A DNA stretch of 64,000 nt from Nemertoderma westbladi (Eukaryota > Animalia > Xenacoelomorpha). Of the stretch, positions 52,197 through 64,000 are shown in pieces. Under the pieces are notes generated by a model. The model was not told the DNA's origin and ran no database searches. It saw only the letters and a list, made by a program, of their open reading frames with translations. The translations under genes and the position numbers were made by a program. The stretch is taken from contig JAUCBJ010001372.1 of assembly GCA_032718475.1 (NCBI GenBank), positions 2,706 to 66,705 of the forward strand, read 5' to 3'. The first letter of the stretch is position 1. Each line of letters starts with the position of its first letter.

Positions 52197-53302
52197 ATGA
52201 GTATATCTGCATTAGCGCGATTGTATATCTTTACAATTGTCGATTGTTATTTTAAAGGGTTTGACCATAATGAAACTCAAACAGTTCTTGGTTCATTTCT
52301 ATATCAACACGAGTTATTCGCAGGGATTTGAACGGTATGGGATTTGTGAAACGATTTAATACAATTGATTTGGACAAGCTCATCGACCATATTGACAAAG
52401 AAAGGAATTTAAGTTCCATTGCGTCGGGTATTGGTTATCGGCAAATGCAGAAGACATTGATGTTAAAGTACAAATTGTATGCTCCTAGGGATTTAGTTGC
52501 AAAGATTATCTTCTTGCTGGAGCCTGGAGCTGTCAGAAAAAGACTTGGAAGAAAGATTGTTCGGCGTACCTACCTATCAAAAGGGCCAAACTATTTATTA
52601 CATATAGATGGGTGGGACAAGTTAAAACCTTACGGCTTAGCAATACATGGAGCCATCGATGGCTATAGCCGTAAAATGATGTGGCTATTTTGCCATCGAA
52701 GTAATAACGATCCATTTGTAATTGGGAGTGAATTCATTAAGTGTCTGATGCGACTAGGTGGAGTGCCTCACATTGTTCGTTGTGATAGAGGTTCAGAAAA
52801 TGTCAATGTTGAATTATTCCAAAGGTTATTCCGTTTAATTCATACAGATAACAATGCAACGAGAGGATCAGTGTTTCTATATGGAAAAAGTTCCAGGAAT
52901 CAACGAATAGAAGCGTGGTGGAGTAAATTTCCCATTCTAGGTATGGAAGCTTGGTTGATTAATTTTCACGAGTTGGATATTTCTGGGGTCATTGACACTT
53001 CTAATATGTTACACATTGAAATTATTCGTTTCGTTTATATTGATTTACTGCAGAGAACTCTAGATTTTATTGTTGAAAAATGGAACACGCATCGATTACG
53101 AAAAAGTGGTTTAATTGCCCCACCAGGAAAGCCGGACATTCTCTTTTTCGATAATCCTAATTATTTGCATGCTATTGACGATGAAACTCTTACCTTGGTG
53201 GAATCTTTCAATAATCTAGGGAATGATGATCACGGTACTCCTTGCCGACTCAGTGTGTATAATATTTGCCTACATATTATCTCAAATGTAATCGAAACAT
53301 AA
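52197..53302 (+). CDS. Integrase-core DDE transposase (IS3EU-like), frameshift near 52300
   Basis: GYRQM, RRTYLSKGPNYLLHIDGWDKLKPYGLAIHGAIDGYSRK, VRCDRGSEN, GKSSRNQRIEAWW, WNTHRLR, GKPD; upstream ATG at 52197 gives a typical HTH-like N-terminus in another frame. Confidence 0.88.
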
Positions 53303-53958
53303 TAGAACCGCTTCACTGTAATAATTTGTTCGATTGTAGTCAAACCTTAAAATATTTATTAAATACAATTGAAAGTGATTTAATTGCCGGTATTGGGGCA
53401 ATTTAAATTACCATTACCACGTAGGCCTACAAATGCTGTATTTGTTAAGTTTATTAAAACGATTTGGAGAGTAATAGAAACGTGTTCGAGAAAAAGCCTT
53501 AATAATTATTTATTACTTGGGGAAAAAAAGAGTCTAAATTTTTCACTATTTTCGAGGCATTTTATTTGCTCAAATTACGTGCAAACAGGGCTCCCACCGG
53601 TGCTCAACAAAATAAATCAGATTTACAGATGGGGGGTGGGGAGGCTCTTGACCCATAACAAATTTGATTTTTTTAAAACGAAAAGAATGACAAATTTTGA
53701 ACTTGTCCGTTTTTGTCAGAATGGCGTCGATTTATTTTATAAAATAAAAATTCGAGTTGATTTCATTTTTATGTGGGGATGGGGGGGGGGGGGGGTAACC
53801 TCTTTGCTTACTCCCTTACCATTTTCTATAAAATTCGTTAATTGCAATACAAACAAATCAATATTGTTACATTGTTTCAAATATAAAATGAATCAAAAAC
53901 ACAAAATAACGCAACAAAACTCAACATATTGACAAATGGGCAAAATTCAGATAGCAAT

Positions 53959-56390
53959 TTAGTAAATCCCAAATCCGTGACAGTTGAGAATGTCTTCTGT
54001 CACATTCTTTGCAAAGCTGCGGGAAGAACCGACCAGATAACGATCATTTATTGGAAATTTTATGACATTAGCACAGGTGTCCCCAATAAGTCTCCTTTTG
54101 CAATCATTGGTTCTATGGAAACCTAATTCCCCAATAAAATTGGGGTAGGGAGACCTACTACCAAACTGCAATACATCATTCAATGTTAATATATGTCTAA
54201 GAATGGCTTCTACGTCACTATGGGGATCCTCAATAACATCAGATGCCAATTCATTGCGTTTGACTTGTTTTAGAAACATGTTAAACTTAAATGCTATCTC
54301 ATTTTCTTTGTGCCACTCCTGCGTATTCTTATGTGCTTCGTGTTTAACCCGAAAGCGCTGTTTGACTTCTTCAGCTGTGACGGTCTGATGTGTTAGACAT
54401 TTCAGGCTATCTTCTGGAAAATTTCTCATAATATCATAAACTCCAAAAATATTCAACCCTTCACGGAACTTATTAATTTCTTCAGAGACAGTACTAAATA
54501 AGATATGCTTCAGTAGCAGATCTACAACTTTGTCTTTCTCGTCCATGGTTATGTTTGCTTGTAAAACTCCCATGTCGAACAGCTCAGTAAGACTATTTAC
54601 TGCATTGATCAAATCACCTTCAGTGATAGCCTCTTTTATAGTATTGACTCTTTCAATTAGTTCATCATCTTTAGGTATATCACTAATATTTATACTAAAC
54701 GGTAGTTCCAGGATCACACGGGCAAATACATCACTGAAACAATGGGGCCCAGGGGCGCCATTTAGAAGTGAAATCCCAACTAATTTCCCAAGATGATAAA
54801 ATCTTTGGATGTCAGACAAGTTATGTCGAAAAACATACCCTGGATAAGATCCACGAAACATGCAATTCCAATTGACTTTCCATCAGCCTCCAAGGATGGA
54901 GGCTGATGGAGAAAAAATAATGATAACAATTCTCGTAAAGGCCCTCCTGTGTCCACAGCTTCTTCGTCCAAAAACTTAACCATCAAGGTGGGACGAATCT
55001 CTTCGGTATCCATAATATCATACACACTTTCCACGATACGACTTCGTGGAACTTCTAGAACTGAGTGGCTTGGATCCATTTCCTTTAAAGCTTTGAATAA
55101 ACTGGTCAATGAAGATGATAGATTGCTTTCAACTTCGACAGCAATAACAGAATCGGCACATGTAGTATCACCATTCTCTTTGATATGATCTACATCAACA
55201 TCATTATCTAATACAGACATCGGGGTATCGGCAGTGTTCTCGTGATTGTCGTTATGACTAAAGAACAGAGATCTCAAATTTGCCAATTCCTCACGTGTGT
55301 ATTCATACATTGTTGTAGGTTCTGTAATATCAGTAAAAGTATCAGCATTAGCGGTCGAAGTAGAGGATAGTAAATCTATAATTTCCGACTCATTGTAATT
55401 TTCATTAAGTTTACAGTTATAACAAATGGTTTCAGTTCGTGGTCGGCTGGTCGAGCATACTGGACAAATTAATCGCCTTTCACTACATATGGAAGCATTA
55501 AAATTACCCTGCACAGAATCATCAATAACTTCAATATCAGAGTTTTCTGTATTAAACGAGTTTTGATCACCTGTATCCAAACTTTCAGTTTCAGTTCCCA
55601 AGTTAACATTATTATTAGCAGTCCCAGTGGTTCCACTTCCATTTGAAATTTCTATTTTCCTCTTGCCAAACAGAGTTAGTTTGGGAATTCCCGCAACACA
55701 GGTGCTTTCCAAATATTTATGTAGAGATGCATGATTCTCGATATCTTCACCAAAGTCATTAAGTAAATTGAAATCATAATCTGATTTATTGCAAGGCCTC
55801 TTTTGTAATTTCAACCGTGTATTATTCCCCATATCATCAAAGAATATTGTATCAATAACCTGTGATTTGATTGCAGTCATAGAGCTCTTCACTGGTATTT
55901 TCAGTTTTAAAATCGTAGAAACACCTAGTGGTTTTTTTAGGATAAACGGTTGTCCTTTGCCTGTGTCTATTTTACAGTTAAAATGTAAACACTTAGTAGT
56001 AGCTGGTGGTCGTCCCACTTTCGCATTAAATGGTTTTCTTTGTAAGCCGGAAATTTGCTTTGGTTGGGTTTGGCTTTGGAAATTGGAGCACAATGAATCG
56101 ATAGAACTAGGTGCACCACGAACAGCAGTGTCAGGCTCAGTAGTTTTATTTATGGCAACTGAGGCAGTGGAACTTAGGTCACAATTATTAATAACATTAC
56201 CAGTATTGTAGTCAGAGAGGCCCAAATCGGTATGATTATGACTAGGCCTATCACCTTCTACAGAAAATCTACGATATATTGAATCTATTCTTAAGTAAGT
56301 ATCCCTCCTTATATCATTGAGGAGATTTCGCCGAACCCTATTACCGGTATCATCCTGATCATCGACCGGATTGTCACTATTTGATTCCAT
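53959..56390 (-). CDS. G2E3-like HECT E3 ubiquitin ligase (two frames, break near 54880-54910)
   Basis: CPVC-x8-CYNC; EVPRSRIVES..VKFLDEEAVDTGGPLRELL (N-lobe); GKLVGISLLNGAPGP, FREGL, DTCAN catalytic Cys, terminal GFGIY with -4 Phe. Confidence 0.87.
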
Positions 56391-57824
56391 CTCTCGATAT
56401 CTGCATATCCTCCATATACTGATATATATATTATATATATAGGCCTACATCAGTACATGATTGATTATATCAGTTTACAGGCCTACCTGCCTACCGCTCT
56501 GTACCGCTACCGCTATCATATGATATATACAATATATATTACCGGTACATATGAAATGCTATCATGCTACAAATAGTGACAAATACGGTCTGATGGTAGT
56601 AGTAGGTCATATATTTACCGATAAAGTTAAGCCTAACTTAGCAACTTCGTAACAGTCCCAAATTCCACAAAATACCAGTATATTAGATTACAGGATTATA
56701 ACCTCATGATCAGATGATTAGGGCAGTTACACATACCGGTATGCTACCACTGGCCTACCGCTACCAGGCTGCCAGGTCTACCACTACGCACTACCTGACT
56801 AAAGGGGCTACCGCTACCGCCTACAAGTAGCCTAGCCTACAGTGTTGCTTTATTATTTTTGTTAGGGTGTAGGGTAGGCAGGGTTAGCTGGTTAGGGGGT
56901 AAAGGAATAGGCCTAACGGTATTGTAGAAAACCCAATTTTATTGAGAATCATCAATCAGATGTTCAGGCTTACCGGTAGGCCTACATGTAGTGTAGGTAG
57001 GGTAGGTGTATGCGTTGTAGGCGTATGAGTACGTCAGTACGTGTAGGAATAGCGTTTACCCCCGCAGGGTTAGTTCTCTCTCATCTACCATATAATTATA
57101 TGATGTTGACAACCACGACTTTAGAGGGATTGTAATATTAATATTAAAACAATAAAATAGGAAATGGGGTCTATTCCCTCAGATACTACCTAGCATTTAG
57201 GGCCACTTGGGCCACTGTTAGTACTCAGGCACTAGGCCCATCAAAAAACACAAAACAAAATACCAAATCGATTTTAGTGCTACATAAACCCAACCCAACT
57301 ACCACAAGAAAAATTGCACCAAACCATACAGTAACTACAGGTTCCGGTTAAGTATTGCACGAAATAGGCTATCCTATAAAACTTTTAAGTCGGCGAACGT
57401 TGTTGGAGGAGACTTTCGTTGAGGCCGAAATAGTCAACATTGTAAATCCTTTGAAAAATGGTGCTTCTAAAAAGGCTGATTCTAAGAGAGCCAAAGTATC
57501 ATACAACACTTTGGTATTCCTGTTGTAAGTATTTAATAAATAATAGAATAGAAAAAGGTATTCATTCCTGTTGAACGTTATTTGTAATTAAAGCAACGAG
57601 TATAATATTATTTAACAAATTAAATAAGTGAAAAATAAATAATCAATGTTGATAAGATGTAATTGAAAAGGTTAAAGGACTACCATTTTTAATCAGGAAT
57701 ATATTTAATTACTAGTCACTAAGAAACTTAAGGAAAGACTACTTTAATTTCAGTGTTTGAAAATATAAAGTATGGGAATTGTTTAAGTTTTTTTATACTT
57801 TTGTTTAAGTTCTACCTCTGGTCT

Positions 57825-58010
57825 TGGGACGTTAGTGCGTTCGAGACATTAGTGCATGCGGCCACTAATGTCTCTGTACCTTTAGTGCCCGCGGTCACTT
57901 AGACGCGTTATCGTGGGCACTAATGTCCCATAGGACGTTAGAGCACGCGAGACGTTAGTGCCTGCGAGACGTTAGTGCCCGCGAGTCTTTAGTGCCCGCG
58001 AGACATAGGC
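57825..58010. repeat. 17-bp repeats (GAGACGTTAGTGCCCGC-like) in both orientations
   Basis: Visible in sequence. Confidence 0.75.
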
Positions 58011-58075
58011 ACATTCTACCATATAGGCTACCAGTATACTGCCATGCCATGCCATAATTTATTTGCCATACAGGC

Positions 58076-58705
58076 CTAGCACAGTAGCAGCCTAGTTTGT
58101 CAGGCTTCAACTCTACTGCCCTAGCCTAAATTATTGAATTAAAACTGACATGTGTTGATGTGTGTGTGTATCACTCAGTCACTACCTCTGCGAGTCCAGC
58201 AGCTCTGTACCGTACCTGAGTCTGGCGTCCTACCTAAGTCATGTAAGTCATAATCAATAGCCTACCACCGGTGGTCCCTATTGAAAACTTTTACATGTAC
58301 GCCGAACCCCAAACACGTTGGGCGCAGCATTACAACATGCATTCGGCGCAGACTATCAGACAGTTAGGCTCACATAGGTCTACAGTACTGCAGTACTGCT
58401 AGCACAGTAGCAGCCTAGTTTGTCAGGCTTCAACTCTACTGCCCTAGCCTAAATTATTGAATTAAAACTGACATGTGTCGATGTGTGTGTGTATCACTCA
58501 GTCACTACCTCTGCGAGTCCTGCAGCTCTGTACCGTACCTGAGTCTGGCGTCCTACCTAAGTCCTGTAAGTCATAATCAATAGCCTACCGGTGGTCCCTA
58601 TTGAAAAGTTTTACATGTACGCCGAACCCCGAACACGTTGGGCGCAGCATTACAACATGCATTCGGCGCAGACTATCAGACAGTTAGGCTCACATAGGTC
58701 TACAG
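58076..58705. repeat. ~310-bp tandem duplication (58076-58385 and 58399-58705)
   Basis: Both copies run CTAGCACAGTAGCAGCC...CACATAGGTCTACAG with few differences. Confidence 0.93.
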
Positions 58706-59125
58706 ACAAGCGGGTCCCGGAAGGAACATTGACTGAATGATTCCATGGAGGGAAATTTAAATGTAATAGTTGACTACTATCGCCAGTTGAGTTAGACACT
58801 AACACATTTAGGCAGTTAGGTATTTGTATTATAACAATAAATGTATTTCAGTGTTATTGTCATCTACAACTTTTAATATTGAATGGAAGACTCATCGACA
58901 TCCTGTAGTATTTGTGACAAATTATTTTCATGTGTCGGTAATTTAAACAAACATCGTAAAACTCTTCACGATCAAGAAGTTGTTCCCGTTAGAGGTCGTA
59001 AGAGGAAATGCGAAGGAAGCGAAGATGACTCGTCGCCATCGGCAGTAATAGACTGCATGGTGTGCTTGTCATGGTGTGTGGTACCACGTTCACCAAGAAG
59101 AGTAACTTATATGTACATCAACGAA
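58706..59125 (+). repeat. Inverted copy of the upstream region and first ~76 codons of the MULE-SWIM gene (62776-63181)
   Basis: Near-identical reverse complement; encodes the same MEDSSTSCSICDK... start; has a 14-bp insertion. Confidence 0.93.
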
Positions 59126-59377
59126 CGTAACCGTCAGGGTTGATTAGTTGCTTGAGATCTTCTCCATCAAAGTCGGCGAACGCCAATACGGTGTATCCGT
59201 CAATTAGTCTTCCGGTCTTCCTATCTGTACGTCCGTCGTAGGATAGTGATGATATTGCGGGCCCATGTATCTTGGTTATAGAATTATATTCTAGAACTTT
59301 CGCCTGGAAACATGGCGTTAAATAATAAATATTAATATGAACATATAGTGCTCATAATATATATAGCGCATTTATTG

Positions 59378-60006
59378 ATGGGATGGGATGGGATGGGATG
59401 GGGTGGGATGGGATGGGATGGGTTGGGTTGGCGTTGGGATGGGTTGGGTTGGGATGGGTTGGGTTGGGATGGGATGGGGTGGGTTGGGTTGGGATGGGTT
59501 GGGATGGGATGTGATGGGATGGGATGGGGTGGGTTGGGATGGGTTGGGTTGGGATGGGATGGGATGGGGTGGGTTGGGATGGGTTGGGATGGGTTGGGTT
59601 GGGATGGGTTGGGATGGGTTGGGATGGGATGTGATGGGTTGGGATGGGTTGGGTTGGGATGGGATGGGATGGGATGGGATGGGGTGGGTTGGGATGGGTT
59701 GGGATGGGTTGGGTTGGGATGGGATGGGATGGGTTGGGATGTGATGGGATGGGATGGGGTGGGTTGGCGTTGGGATGGGTTGGGATGGGTTGGGATGGGA
59801 TGTGGTGGGTTGGGATGGGATGGGATGGGATGTGATGGGGTGGGTTGGGATGGGTTGGGATGGGATGGGTTGGGATGGGATGGGATGGGATGGGTTGGGA
59901 TGGGTTGGGATGGGTTGGGATGGGATGGGATGGGTTGGGATGGGTTGGGTTGGGTTGGGATGGGATGGGTTGGGATGGGGTGGGTTGGGATGGGTTGGGA
60001 TGGGAT
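59378..60006. repeat. (GGGAT/GGGTT)n pentanucleotide satellite
   Basis: Visible in sequence. Confidence 0.97.
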
Positions 60007-60415
60007 ATAAGTAATCTTTAACGATCAACTGCTACTCCTAATTTATGTTCACCAAATATATGGTAAATACGTGGCCAAAGCGACAACAATTATAAAATTA
60101 CAGTAGTACAGTTTTTCCACTGTATCTAAAACCAGATATTTGCTTAAAATTGAGGAGGAAGTCTTTTGCTGTTACACCATATTATGCCGGAGATATTATC
60201 AAAATACTAAGGTGTCAATTTTGAGACGTTTTAGAGTTTTAGTAGCATATGATTGGAATTTGAAAAACATTAGTAGGGGGTGGGGGGGGGGATTAGTCAC
60301 TTAATCTTGAGGTCATGGGTTCTAATCCCAGAAAAAGAAAAGTAATTTATTTTTTTTAATTATTTTTTCCGATTAAACAAAAGATTAATAAGAATAAACA
60401 AATCAATTTTAGTAA

Positions 60416-63004
60416 TTAAAAATAGTATTGGTGATCGGAGTTGGTCGTCGTTCCTGGTGTGTTTGTATATTCATGGTCAGGGTTCTGTCTTGATGAATTA
60501 CTGGTTCGTTGGGAACCGGCGAGGCATCGCGCAATGAAATTTCTTTCCAAGTTGCATGGTTTTGAAACACCGAATAAGTTTCTTGATGTTTTACTTCTTT
60601 TTTTTTTAGTTGTATATAGTCGTCGTTGTAATAAAGATTTTTTATTTGCGGGTGATTTAGTAGGTTTTGGAAGCTGGGGCTTAGATGTTAATGCTGTAAT
60701 GAATGGAGTTAATAATTTCGTTTTAGTGTGCAAGGCTTGTAGTACTTCAGTATCTTCAATTACCTCTAGTTGTCCTAAAACACAAAGTAAGTGGCCACGG
60801 ATTTTATCCTTAATTGTATTCGTAGGTTTGGAACCTTCAATAATAATTGAGGAAGTCGCTTCCAAAATTATATCTGTCTCACTTGCTGGTGCTTGTACAA
60901 CCTCCTCATTTGAAAATTGTAGATCGATTGACGGTATCAATTCGGTCTCTTCAACTGAAGCCAATGGGTTAGAACTGTTAGCATTAGTTTCACATGGTTG
61001 CTCATCGGCAACAGAAAGAAGCTCTGCATTACTCAGAAGATTACTGGGACGGTCAGAATGTAAAAATCGAGAAAGGATGTGAATATGTTTGCATATAGTG
61101 AGCCTCAGCGAATTATCCGAGCAAGTGCAATCATAAGTGTGACAACAAATACGGCAATGTACACATCGCAAAGGGCACGAATTATATTTGTGCGCTACAG
61201 AATTACGAGTAACATAATAACAGATATTACTATCGGAAAGACTGGGGACAGTCCAGCCATTTACTCCAGAATTCCAAACCACAACGTTTAAGTCTGAATT
61301 TAAACTTGCACGATGTCTCTTCGTTATACCAAGCAGATGATGCGTTCGTTTTCCCTTGTGTAATTTAGCGAGACGGTCGAAAGCTTTAAACCGTATTAGT
61401 TTCATAAGAACCTCTATACTCTTATCTAATCGTTTCACTTTCCGTCCTTCCAAGAACACGTGCTTTATTGTTCGATGTAAAGCTTCTAGGTGTAAGTTGT
61501 GATGTACCTTTAATCCTAATCGGTAACTATAAGCCCAGTAGTGAAAACTACGAGCATATTCGTTTTCAAAGTATCTTCCAAAATTTGCAGTATTTTTGTC
61601 CGATTTTAAAGAATCCACAACCTCCGTTAGGCACCGATGAAACACTTCTTTCTCCTTTATTTCAAGTAACACTCTTAAAGTCTTGTAAACTTCGCTCTTA
61701 AGTAAAGAATCGCCATCAATTTTGGACAACCCCTTTCTCCATGCTCTATCAATGTGCCAAATGCACCATAATTTCTTAGCCGGTTCACCCATTATTGCTT
61801 CCCAAGCGTTAGCGTAGGCCTCGGCCATATCTGTCATGATTATAACCTCTGGCATTGAACCGGTTCCACTTTCCTTTACCACTTTGAGAAATACTTTCAT
61901 TGCTTCAGTGTCAACTCTGTTGCTGTAGCAAAATGCTGCAGGAAATCCCTCAGCATGGTCATCAACTACAAGGAGTGTTGTAAGCTGGAAATCATACTGA
62001 TTTAGTCCATGTGTCGAATCGAGAGCAACCTCACAGCCTGGCTTACCAAACTCTTTTAACATATAAAGCTGAAATTCAGTCATTATTATCAACATGAAGT
62101 CATCCTCTAGTAAACCATTGTTGACTTCATCCTTGTCACCTTGATATTTTATATATCTAACCAGATTTTCGCCGCTAGTTCTAGTCATCTGTACCCATGC
62201 AGCAACGCTTTCAGCATCATTGCTATGAAATACATACGAACTCTTCAGTCCAAAATCACGCGCAATGTTTTTTATATCTTGCCGATTAATAAGGTGCAAT
62301 CTAGAAACTGACGAATTGTCTAATGATGTTCGTATCGAATCTAATACGTCGCCCATAGACACACCAGCAGATAGTTTACCAGCAACCTCGACCCTCTGCT
62401 CCGTTGTTAACCTTAAGTGACAAAGATCGTCTTCATGCCCAGCGTGATTTGGGCGAAACATTACCTCAACAACACCTGATTTATAAAACTTGGCTGTAAG
62501 ACCAGAAGGGCACACAGAATTAATTTTTACAGATCCCTGAATCTTCAGTTCCTTTTTTAAACTCCCATTACTCTCATAATATCCGCTTCTATAGCAGACG
62601 AAATATCGTATTTCGGTTTCACTGAAAACTTTTGGACCAGTTCTCGCAACGTAACGCTGGTTCGTTTTGGCTTCTTCATCAGACTTCCATTTAAAAAAAT
62701 CTTCCTTGCCGTTAAACGTTAATTTCTTAGCATCAGGTGGAATAATTTCTATATGGCTATTGTCTCCATGTTTATTTCGTTGATGTACATATAAGTTACT
62801 CTTCTTGGTGAACGTGGTACCACACACCATGCAGTCTATTACTGCCGATGGCGACGAGTCATCTTCGCTTCCTTCGCATTTCCTCTTACGACCTCTAACG
62901 GTAACAACTTCTTGATCGTGAACAGTTTTACGATGTTTGTTTAAATTACCGACACATGAAAATAATTTGTCACAAATACTACAGGATGTGGATGAGTCTT
63001 CCAT
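60416..63004 (-). CDS. MULE/MuDR-family transposase with two C2H2 fingers and a SWIM finger; uninterrupted 862-aa ORF
   Basis: CSIC..H..H, CMVC..H..H; VALDSTHG, IMTDMA, CIWH, LEALHR.IK (D-D-CxxH-E); CTC...CKHIH SWIM. Confidence 0.9.
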   Translation of the reverse strand: MEDSSTSCSICDKLFSCVGNLNKHRKTVHDQEVVTVRGRKRKCEGSEDDSSPSAVIDCMVCGTTFTKKSNLYVHQRNKHGDNSHIEIIPPDAKKLTFNGKEDFFKWKSDEEAKTNQRYVARTGPKVFSETEIRYFVCYRSGYYESNGSLKKELKIQGSVKINSVCPSGLTAKFYKSGVVEVMFRPNHAGHEDDLCHLRLTTEQRVEVAGKLSAGVSMGDVLDSIRTSLDNSSVSRLHLINRQDIKNIARDFGLKSSYVFHSNDAESVAAWVQMTRTSGENLVRYIKYQGDKDEVNNGLLEDDFMLIIMTEFQLYMLKEFGKPGCEVALDSTHGLNQYDFQLTTLLVVDDHAEGFPAAFCYSNRVDTEAMKVFLKVVKESGTGSMPEVIIMTDMAEAYANAWEAIMGEPAKKLWCIWHIDRAWRKGLSKIDGDSLLKSEVYKTLRVLLEIKEKEVFHRCLTEVVDSLKSDKNTANFGRYFENEYARSFHYWAYSYRLGLKVHHNLHLEALHRTIKHVFLEGRKVKRLDKSIEVLMKLIRFKAFDRLAKLHKGKRTHHLLGITKRHRASLNSDLNVVVWNSGVNGWTVPSLSDSNICYYVTRNSVAHKYNSCPLRCVHCRICCHTYDCTCSDNSLRLTICKHIHILSRFLHSDRPSNLLSNAELLSVADEQPCETNANSSNPLASVEETELIPSIDLQFSNEEVVQAPASETDIILEATSSIIIEGSKPTNTIKDKIRGHLLCVLGQLEVIEDTEVLQALHTKTKLLTPFITALTSKPQLPKPTKSPANKKSLLQRRLYTTKKKRSKTSRNLFGVSKPCNLERNFIARCLAGSQRTSNSSRQNPDHEYTNTPGTTTNSDHQYYF

Positions 63005-63249
63005 TCAATATTAAAAGTTGTCGATGACAATAACACTGAAATACATTTATTGTTATAATACAAATACCTAACTGCCTAAATGTGTTAGTGTCTAACTCAA
63101 CTGGCGATAGTAGTCAACTATTACATTTAAATTTCCCTCCATGGAATCATTCAGTCAATGTTCCTTCCGGGACCCGCTTGTGTTTTAACATTATGCAGAC
63201 TGTATTACAGTATGATGCACATTACGGTAGGCCTACAGAAGGCTATGGC

Positions 63250-63482
63250 TGCAGCATGCAGATTGCAGACACTTTAGTTTGAAACTTTTTTTAGGTTCCT
63301 ACTTTAGTTTGTAACTTTTTTATGTCCTACTTTAGTTTGAAACTTTTTTTATTTCCTACTTTAGTTTGAAACTTTTTTTATTTCCTACTTTAGTTTGAAA
63401 CTTTTTTTATTTCCTACTTTAGTTTGAAACTTTTTTTGCCGTTAAAAAAATGAAAGTAAATTGGCCTAAACCAGCCACCGTA
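63250..63482 (-). repeat. Right TIR of IS3EU-like element
   Basis: Ends ...CCTAAACCAGCCACCGTA; inverted 29-bp repeats. Confidence 0.93.
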
Positions 63483-63619
63483 AATAGAGGATATTCTCGA
63501 TTTTCATAATCTCCTCGTTATGTGGGTAGTGTATGACATAACATAAGTATCCTCTGTTTAGATGGTATACACGAACCCATGGACTGGTTTTAGACACTCC
63601 ATAACTTCCAAGAATATTG

Positions 63620-64000
63620 TCATGATTGTAGCATAATTAGGAAAGTCAATACGGAACGCAAATTAATGATGTGAGCTGAATCATTAGAATTGTTAGCATT
63701 TTCAAAGTTGTACGCCAGTTTACAGTGATGACAGTGCAAATGCAGTGAAAAATAAAACCCACGAGTTAGCACTGGCTCGATTAATAAGTTTCTTTGACAG
63801 TTATGGGAATGAACTGCCACAATAAAGTTTCTGAATGCCTCATACTCTATGATTCTATTGCCATCATACAGTTTAGAAGTTGGCGCAGACGTATTCTCAC
63901 CTGTCATTCCCAAACGATCAGTTGTGAAACTACGGGGTCTCTTCTTTTTGCTAACATTACCGCTGCTACACAAACCACTATCTACTTTACTTTGCCACCC
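63620..64000 (-). pseudogene. Kolobok/Mutator-like transposase N-terminal (H2C-type zinc-binding) fragment
   Basis: GNRII...H..C...E...GF...L.C..C...INLRSV pattern. Confidence 0.55.

Larger units (their letters stand above)
51525..63482 (+). mobile_element. IS3EU-like DNA transposon (~12 kb) with HECT gene and nested MULE sequence
   Basis: TIRs begin TACGGTGGCTGGTTTAGGCCAATTTACTTTCA at both ends; 6-bp TSD AATACA/AATAGA (5 of 6); IS3/integrase-like DDE ORF. Confidence 0.85.

Noticed and set aside
53384-53932. 182-aa ORF between transposase and HECT gene
   Set aside because: TTG start, AT-rich composition, spans a G run; probably the shared 3' UTR region.
59348-60028. ORFs rich in G/W/M/D or P/S/H/I
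   Set aside because: Translations of a stop-free pentanucleotide satellite.
60294-60332. tRNA-like fragment (CTTAATCTTGAGGTCATGGGTTCTAATCCC)
   Set aside because: Only the 3' half, no A box or acceptor stem; too short to call.

Overview
AT-rich eukaryotic (probably invertebrate animal) DNA made almost entirely of nested transposable elements; I found no convincing host gene. Main units: (1) a young 11.1-kb Bel/Pao-type LTR element (1254-12396; 547-bp LTRs with 2 differences seen, TTTAC TSD) that keeps gag and protease, has lost RT/RNase H and most of integrase, and carries an extra 3' ORF with DEDDy/WRN-like 3'-5' exonuclease motifs. (2) A near-complete Ty3/Gypsy element (14580-20235, minus strand, 142-bp LTRs, ATAAG TSD). 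Neither LTR element has a TGG-type tRNA primer-binding site; in both, the bases right after the 5' LTR are complementary to their own LTR, as in self-priming. (3) An Academ-like deletion derivative with ~580-bp TIRs. (4) A Sola1-like transposase. (5) A disrupted, intron-containing Crypton-type tyrosine recombinase gene. (6) A 12-kb IS3EU-like TIR element (51525-63482) with a DDE transposase, a convergent HECT E3 ligase gene and an intact MULE-SWIM transposase ORF inside an inverted duplication. LINE/SINE remnants, MITEs and minisatellites fill the gaps. All family assignments come from motifs recognised by eye and need HMM/Repbase confirmation.
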